DNA from: the human T2T-CHM13v2.0 reference genome, Homo sapiens
Strand: one strand, 5' to 3'
Assembly (NCBI RefSeq): GCF_009914755.1
Contig: NC_060926.1
Length of the DNA stretch: 64,000 nt
The translations under genes and the position numbers were made by a program. The notes under the pieces are model-generated. The model was not told where the DNA came from. It did not search any database and saw nothing but the letters and a program-made list of their open reading frames with translations. Shown here piece after piece: positions 55,311 through 64,000 of this stretch (position 1 is its first letter; each line of letters begins with the position of its first letter).

Positions 55311-55967
55311 TGTTTTTGATCATTGCCACCTCTTTCACAGTGATCCTAAGGTAGAGGAGACGCCATGTTTGTCATAAGGTGAGATGGTGGGATGACAAGG
55401 CGGGGACGAGGACAACAAAAAGAGGAGATGATTATGAGTTGTAAAGCCTGCATTTAAATGGGAGAGTGACAAAACGTGGGTGTGAATGAACTATTTACAT
55501 GAAGAAGGGGAAGCAGAAGAGAAGATGTGATACAGAAGCAACTTATTGCTGCATTTAAAGACAGTAGCAGGCAGCGAGTTTGGGCAGGCATAAGCCAGGC
55601 GGAGAGACTTGATGAGCCCTGCTGGTTGATCACCAGAGCTTCATTTCTACCTCCACAAACAACAGCTGAATAAGGTTGCTCATTCACACGCACCTGCCCA
55701 CGAAGCCCTGCTATCTGCACTTTCAGAGCACAGTCGTCTCTTAGCCTTAATGAAGCTTTAAAATGACTTCCCCATCTACTACTTTCTGCAAAAAGTGAAA
55801 AAGGCACATGAAAAGGATTTAGGCTTGGTAATATATAATGCTTTTCTACTTTTTCTAATCTGTTTAAAGGATTAGTAAGAAAAGTAAATCTCCTCAGGCA
55901 TAAATGCTTAAATTCTTTAGGATTCTTTGATGCACTTTTTAATTAACTAGGAAATTCAGTTGCAGCA

Positions 55968-55992
55968 TGTGTGTGTGTGTGTGTATGTGTGT
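55968..55992 (-). repeat. (CA)n repeat on the pre-mRNA strand, about 50 nt into intron 3
   Basis: tgtgtgtgtgtgtgtgtatgtgtgt on plus. Confidence 0.9.
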
Positions 55993-56043
55993 AGTTATTG
56001 CACAGTTGAAGTTGCAGAAATAAGAAATTATATAGTATTTTAC

Positions 56044-56118
56044 CTGTAACATATGAAACCCAGAATAAAAGCAATATTCCCAAAGGAAACCCAGCTTGCT
56101 TCATTGAATAAGGCAATC
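56044..56118 (-). CDS. SLC38A11: SLC38A11 exon 3 (GLPYSMKQAGFPLGILLLFWVSYVT), 75 nt, phase 1-1
   Basis: Acceptor TTTTTTCAG|GA, donor ACAG|GTAAAA; LPY..xxAG motif typical of the family; lies within ORF 55943..56149. Confidence 0.95.
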
Positions 56119-57967
56119 CTGAAAAAACATAAAATGCCCCACCCTTCACATTAACAAGAAAGCTAGAAACACAGAAATTCCCCCCTTCAATTTCTGCATA
56201 TAATAGGTAAAGTCAATTTATATACTTATATGACGTATTTGTAAGTTGCACATAGGACAGAATTAATATTAAATGTTAGGTATTAATACTTATTTCAGAA
56301 TAAAATGTTATTAGCTTAGGGACAAGTTAAGAGAGCAAGTTTCTGAGGTGACGGAATAAGAATTAGAAAGCAGCAAATGAAAAACAAATGCCAGTTCACA
56401 CAAATATCGTTTACTTCAGGGTAAGAGTGACATAGCCCTGCAATATGTGGAAAGTCATTACCTCAAATCCTTCCTTACCTGCTAGCCAAGAAAGCAGAGA
56501 GGATAATAAGGAGCACAGAAGGGTTATGGAATATTAAGAAAGACAGACTCTGGAGTCAAAATGGGGCTACTATGTAGGAAAAAAATGAGAGAAAAATGAG
56601 AAGGCGAAAGTATTTTTTATAATGCTCAAAGGGGTACATAAATTATTTCTTATAATTTTGGGGGAAATTGACAACTTTAGATTATGGACAATAAAATATT
56701 TAAAACAAACACAGTTAACATATTTCCAGTCAAAATTTTTATTCTCTGAAAAGTTTTCCCTTAAAGAAAAGAAAACAAGCTGCTGAGCAGTGGTACTGTT
56801 TAACATTGCTGACACGGCTTAACTTAACACGTTCACATCAGGAATTAGCTCTAGAATTCTTCTAAGTACAGCTGCTCATACCTTCATGGTACATGGAGGT
56901 AGAATTGTAAACAAGTCTTTGTCCCTGTTTCCTTCTACTTTACCTCAGGTAACTCCATTTTATGTATCATTTGGAGAAAAAAAAAAGACTATCCATAGAA
57001 AAATGTAAAATCAAGAACCATATTAACTTGTGAAAAGTAAGAAAAGTAATTCAAGAGTAAGAAAACTAACTCAATCCAGATAAATGTTTAATTTTCAGAA
57101 GGTGATGACAGAAACAAAAATGTTGCAACTTTATAAAACATTGTATTCTCAAAAAGTATTGCATTTTGCAGGATTTTGTTTTCTTGTTGTCTTTTCTGAG
57201 ATAGAGTGTTTTCAGATACCAAAAAGAATAATAACCACTGAAAATATAGCTGCTTTTATTACTATAATGCAATGCACTTTTAACTTTTTTCAGTAAATTT
57301 CCCTTGCTTCTAATACAATGGAAAAATCTGAGCTATTTATTTATTTTAATTCTGATTGTATGGCTCCTTTATTAGGAAAATAATACGCATTTTCAATGAA
57401 CAAATTTGCATTGTTGACTAAATAATATTTAAAATTAATATATTGTAATAATTTTGTACTTTAAAATTTAACACTGTATAGATAGGTAAAGAATGTATGA
57501 ATTTAATTTTTCATAAGATTGGTATGTTTTCATATTAAACTTTTCACCTCCAACATTTACAAATATCTGGAAGTTTTATACTTCTAGAAAGTTAAAGAAA
57601 GATGATTCAAATAATGATGGACCCTTCAGTAAGTGGAAAAAGTACATTCGGTAACACTAGCAATCAACCACGCAGCCTACAGAAAAATGATTCACCACCA
57701 CCCATATGCAGTTTCACCTTAATCTACCACATGTGGAAGATGCTCTCAACTGTGGAAACAGTGTGAATTACAGCCCCATCTTCAGCATAAAAGACATGCA
57801 TACATACTGTTACACTAGAAAAAAAGGAAGCCTTTTATGGAAGAAAATTACCAATTTTCTTATTTAAGTCTTTTTTTCTTTAAAAATAATTAATGAACAC
57901 TAGCAGCGTAGCGAGTCTTAAATTTTGCCCTTTCACTTAAAATTTAAACCAAAGCAAATACACTTAC

Positions 57968-58082
57968 CTATTATACCAGATCCTATAATCGAGTTGACAA
58001 CATTAAAAAGAGCAGCAGACTGACAGGTTTTCTCTTTATACTCATGTTCAGAAACAAGGGTTTCTCTGTCATCTAAATCTCT
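57968..58082 (-). CDS. SLC38A11: SLC38A11 exon 2 (RDLDDRETLVSEHEYKEKTCQSAALFNVVNSIIGSGII), 115 nt; carries the TM1 motif
   Basis: Acceptor TCTATTAG|AGA, donor ATAG|GTAAGT; encodes the SLC38/Aa_trans TM1 signature NSIIGSGIIG. Confidence 0.92.
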
Positions 58083-58539
58083 CTAATAGATAAAATAGCA
58101 ATTATAAGCAAATACTAGTTCAGAAAATTAGAAAAGTAACAAATATGTAATGCAGGATACTAACACGATTTTCTAGTAATAATAAGTAATGTCACTAATG
58201 AAAATAAAATAAATGCCGGGATAACAGTAATAAAGAATAACAATAACAGCTAGTAATTCAACAGAGCTTGGTAAGCAAACTCCATCCTAAAATTTCCAGA
58301 TTACAGCTGCCCCAGCTGCTAAGTACAGGATCTGTTAGGAATTCAGTGATGTGATTTTGTGAAATTAAAGTGCCTGCTAAGAAAAAAAAAAAAAAGTCAG
58401 ATTAAGGCAAAACTTTTTGTCCCAGAGAACTTTTCGCGGTGCTAAACCAAGAGCCCAGGTGAAGGTAGGTGACCTGACCTGTTGCAAGGTGAATGAAATT
58501 TCCGGACAACTGGCTTCAGAACCTGCCTAGTCGCTAGTT

Positions 58540-59020
58540 TTACCTGCGGCGGGATGACAGGCTCCTGCCTCTGGTAGCCCATGGCTGAGCGGTGGTCCTC
58601 AGCAGGTGGAAGATGCTGGGGCTGGGTACGGATTCGCACCCGGCCAGCCTCCTCCGCCACCTCGCACACAGCCGAGGTCCGCGTGTAGCCGCAGAGCTGC
58701 AGGGAGCCAGTTCCACGGGCGCCCCCTGCTCCCTCGGCAGGCCGCGAGGGCTGCAGCCCCAAGATCTCTAGGCTGTGGCAGCCTGGGGCGCTTTTCCACC
58801 GGAGTTCGCCCAGACAAATGTATTTTTCCTCCGGAGACGGAGATGCTGCAGGATGTTTCTGATCCGGGCAGCCCTGTCTCCCCGCCTCCCCCCTTCACAC
58901 CCCCGCCTCCCTGAGAGAACAGGGAGAGCTACTCTTCCCTGGAGCTGCAGAGGACAACTTGTTCCACCCACGCTGCCCTGCCCCGATCTCACAGAGTTAT
59001 GACCGCCTCGTTGCAGTCCG
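58540..59020 (-). promoter_or_regulatory. SLC38A11: CpG-island-like promoter and 5'UTR of SLC38A11
   Basis: Only CpG-dense non-Alu segment in the window; two GC boxes (CCCCGCCTCCC at 58880-58890 and 58901-58911); no minus-strand ATG between 58583 and about 59088. TSS cannot be placed exactly. Confidence 0.8.
58544..58582 (-). CDS. SLC38A11: SLC38A11 coding exon 1 (MGYQRQEPVIPPQ), 39 nt
   Basis: ATG in strong Kozak context (GCCATGG) inside a CpG-rich region; donor CAG|GTAAAA; phase 0 joins exon 2 in frame. Confidence 0.92.
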
Positions 59021-59561
59021 TTCCTAAGTTAGCTTCTCCTTTGCTGGGGTCTGAAGCCCAGGTAAGAACGCAGAAGCACCCTTGGGCCCATGGGCCATCT
59101 TCCCTATTAGCACCTCCTCCTCGCTACCCCTCTTCAATGGCAGAGACGACGAGTGAAAATTTGGGACTTTTATTGTAAATGGAAATGGAAAGACTCATAA
59201 GAAAATGAATAGCAAAACAAAAAACTTTCCTAGGGTTTTAGCAAACTTGACTGCTGAGCATGCTTTGGTCAAACGCTTCCTGGTAACTTTTTAGAAAAAG
59301 GAGCGATAGAGAAAATGAAGGTGGATTGTTACTGCATTCAGGTAATGAACCTTGAAAAGGGAAAGAGGAGTACAAGGGTTTGGGAAAGGGGTGGCACCTA
59401 CAGTGCCTGAGCTAGAAAGAATCTTCAATGACCACCTATTCAGTCCTCTTACATTACAGATGAAGCAACAAGCCCAGAGAGTATTCAATATCAGAGACAG
59501 AATGCATGAGACAACAGTTTCAGGGGCAATAAGAGCGGTGATATGCCATCATACTTAACAA

Positions 59562-59895
59562 ATTCTGCCTTCCCTTGATATCCATAGGGGATTGGTTCTG
59601 GAACCCCTGCAGATACTGAAATCCAGGAATGCTCAGGTCCTTGATAGTAAACAGCATGGTATTTACATGTAACCTAGGCACATCCTCCAGCATACTTTAA
59701 ATCATCTCTAGATTATTTATAATACCTAATACAATGTAAATGCTATTTACTTGTTGTTATACTGTATTGTTTAGGAAATAAGAAAAAAGTCCATATGTGT
59801 TCAGTATAGACACATCCATCCTAGCCCTAACTACATTTTTGATCTGGGATTGGTTTAATGCATGGATGCAGAAGTGGGGATATAGAGGCCAACTG
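59562..59895 (+). mobile_element. MER2 (Tigger-family MITE) upstream of the promoter
   Basis: cccttgatatccataggggattggttctggaaccc...tactttaaatcatctctagatta...gatatagaggccaactgta. Confidence 0.8.
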
Positions 59896-60461
59896 TACCT
59901 AATTAAAGAGGTTCTGTTTCATACATGTTTACTTATAACTAAGAAAAAAAATTAAAAACCGTGGGAAAACAAAAGACTTATAAACTTTATATACACTCTG
60001 CCATCAAATGTTAACATGCTGTCATATTTTCTTCAAATTGTAAAAGTAAACACAATGTCACAATAGGAACCCCCTTGACCTTCTCCATTCCTTTCCCCAG
60101 GCCTTCAGCCCTGGAGTCATCGGTTCATCAAGTTAGTGTTATCTTTGCTATTCATACTTTGTATTTTAATCCGTTCATTTATAGCCATAAACAATATATA
60201 ACATTGGCTTTTGTATTTTCAACATTTACAAAGATGGTGCCATATTGTACATGTTATTTTTCCACTGGCATTTTTGTTTTCAGCATGTATGATGTAGATA
60301 TATGCAGATTTTTTTTTCATTTTATCTAACAGTTAAGTCAGCCTTCCCCTACTGAAAGATATTAAGGTTGTTTCTCGTTTTACACTCTTCCAGAGCATAA
60401 AAGTGACAATTTCTCTAGATGTAGAAGTGTTAGGTAGTAGGTCATGCACACTTTCAACTTC

Positions 60462-60806
<345 letters not shown>

Positions 60807-61199
60807 TGAATTTCACTTCTACCAACAGAGGTGAAATTCTTGTTTTTCTACATTGTCTGTAACACCAGGACTTACTTAATCTATTTTTTAAGTTTAATTG
60901 TTCTGCTGGATTTTTAAGTGGTGTATAATTATTGTATAGATTTGTATTTTATCCTAATTTACATTGAGGTGGAAGATCTTTTATATAGTAATTAAATATT
61001 TCCATTGTTCTGTTTGTGAATTTCATTTTTTTTGCTCTTTTGATTTTGGTTGTGAATTTTTTCTATTGATTTGTAAGCATAATTTATATATTTGGGGTGG
61101 CAACCCTGTGTCAGTTATATGTTTTGTACATATCTTCTCCCATCTTCTCTCTTTCAAATTTTTTTTTAATTCTGTGAAGTTACAGTTTTAATATTAGTA

Positions 61200-62090
61200 A
61201 TCTTAATCCTGATACAAGTGCATTGAGAAGGAAAAATTATAACCCTATTTTACTCAAAAATATATATATGCAAAAATTCCAAGGAAAATATTAGCAAATT
61301 GAATCTGTCTGTTCACGAAAAGTTAACAATATCATAAAAAAGTTGAATATAGTCCAACTATGAAAGGATGGCTTAGTTAACAAAAAGTTTATAAATATAA
61401 TTTCCAACATTAGCAGGTAAGAAAAAGCCATGTTATTATTTCACTATATTCAGGAAAAACACTTGATAATGTTGAATTCTTGATTTTAAAAAAACTTTGT
61501 AAATCAAAAATATAATACAACTTCCTGATAGTGATAAACTATAGCAAAGTATTTTCGTTATGGGGAAATTTTGGAAGCATTCCCATTTAATCAGAAGTGA
61601 AAAAAATCAATGATTGTGACTTTTATTTAACTTGATATTGGAGTTCCTAAAGTAATAAGAAATAAAAGAGAAATCAGAGGTATGAGAATTGGAAAGCTAA
61701 AAATAAAACTGTCATCATTTTTAGATGATAAAATTGTTTATATAGAAAAATCCAAAATAATCTAAGAGAAAAAAATTAGAAATAGAGAGTTTAGAGAGCT
61801 GATTAGTATAAGATTAGACTAAAAATATATTAATTTCTCTACAGCAACAGCAAACAACTAGATATTGTAATTAAAAAATATATAATAGTGTCAGAGAATA
61901 TCTAATACTAAGGAATAAATCCAACCAAAGAGAAAAATGTACACAATCTCTTCAAAGAAAAATATAACAATCAAGATACATTAAAGAAGGCCTAAATAAA
62001 TTGAGAGATATACCTTATTCATGAATCAGAAAAAATATTCTAAAGATATCAAATCTGACCAAGTTGATCTATTGATTAATAAAATTATTT
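61200..62090 (+). mobile_element. Highly diverged L1M ORF2 fragment
   Basis: aaaatattagcaaattgaat; ggaagcattccc; taaaactgtcatcatttttagatgat; gaaggcctaaataaattgagagatatacc. Confidence 0.65.
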
Positions 62091-62259
62091 TCACCACCAC
62101 ATTGACCACAAATCTCTGCCAAAACCTTTCCTTTTTGTTTAATTACAAAAGAAAAATGTTTGTTTTTTTTTAAAGTAGAAAATAAAATAAAAAGGAGAAA
62201 TTTAAAATGTTCAGTTATTTCCACTCCCAGTGATTATTTTAAAGATTTTTTTCAATATA

Positions 62260-62334
62260 TCAGGTTGGTACAAAAGTAATTGCAGTTTTTGCCATTAAAG
62301 TAATGGCAAAACCTAATATTTTGCACCAGCCTAA
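62260..62334. mobile_element. MADE1 (Hsmar1-derived palindromic MITE)
   Basis: tcaggttggtacaaaagtaattgcagtttttgccatta aag taatggcaaaacctaatattttgcaccagcctaa, flanked by TA on both sides. Confidence 0.92.
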
Positions 62335-62394
62335 TATTATATGTGTCTCTGTATGTATGTGTTGTTCTTTTTTCTTTTTGTGGATATAGGCTCC

Positions 62395-63225
<831 letters not shown>

Positions 63226-64000
63226 TAGGCTCATCCTATACATATTTTTGATGATCTTCTTTAAAGAATGTTTTCTTAATTTCATAAATATTTAATATAA
63301 TTTCAAAATATTGTATTCTCAACGAGAAAACTCAACAAAGAAAGAGACAGACATAAAATCACTGACAATCCTCCCATGCAGAGGTAAATAAAGTTAACAT
63401 TTTAGAACCCTACAGTTTAGTCAGATTATACAGTATTTAGTTTGTTGAAGTGCATATTCACATGTGCAAAAATAGTTTTATTGAGTCTGTCTTAGCCCCA
63501 GACAGAGGCTATGGGAACTGGACTTTCACAAATATAGAGAGCCCTAATTTGAGCTTTTTATCAAATTATATAATTATGTAGATCATACGCTAAGCCTTTG
63601 TAGAATTATTATGTTTCATTATTATTTGGTTACAGTCCAGGCGAGGTGACTTCCAAGGTTACCCAGCTCTCTTAGAAATAATAAAAGAAGGCTCTATCTT
63701 GGCAGAAATTCAAATTTAGAAAGCTCTTCCTGATGTGTAATCTGACTCCTTTCTGATATTATTGAAGTCCAAATTTGGATGAGACTAGATATAATAATTT
63801 TCAATACATATCTCTGGGAAAGAGTGACTTTTTCCTCCACCTTAGAAATGAGTCTAAGAGGAGTACTTTTGTTTTTTGTGAAAAACTGGATGCGTGACAT
63901 TCTCCACAGTATTCGGTTATTGGCTTCATTGCTGTAACAAACAGAGCACCAATATTTAGAGTTTCAAACAAGCTAAACCTTACTTTCTCTCTTTTTAAAT

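Overview
Primate (almost certainly human) genomic DNA: AT-rich and dense in Alu, L1, MaLR/ERVL LTR, MIR/L2 and DNA-transposon relics. It holds essentially one gene, SLC38A11 (orphan SLC38/SNAT-family amino-acid transporter), on the minus strand. I reconstructed 12 coding exons by hand, all with GT-AG boundaries: ATG at 58582, TGA at 1789-1791, 1389 nt, 462 aa (MGYQRQEPVIPPQRDLDDRETLV...STLNISIFQ). A CpG-rich promoter/5'UTR lies at about 58.5-59.0 kb. Almost all other ORFs in the supplied track are Alu/L1 read-through or chance. I see no new gene or new multi-gene system. The best leads are regulatory features of SLC38A11 itself. (1) Skipping exon 2 turns the first AUG into an 18-codon uORF whose UGA overlaps the Met57 AUG (AUGA), predicting a 406-aa protein without TM1 or a dileucine-like sorting motif. 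(2) A candidate cassette exon 3b is in-frame or poison depending on the donor used. (3) Inverted Alus flank exons 4-5, which could form a stop-free 201-nt circRNA. (4) Exon 11 starts at an AG|GTAATT recursive-type junction. (5) The promoter has a consensus steroid-hormone response element. Repeat subfamily names and boundaries were judged by eye and are approximate.
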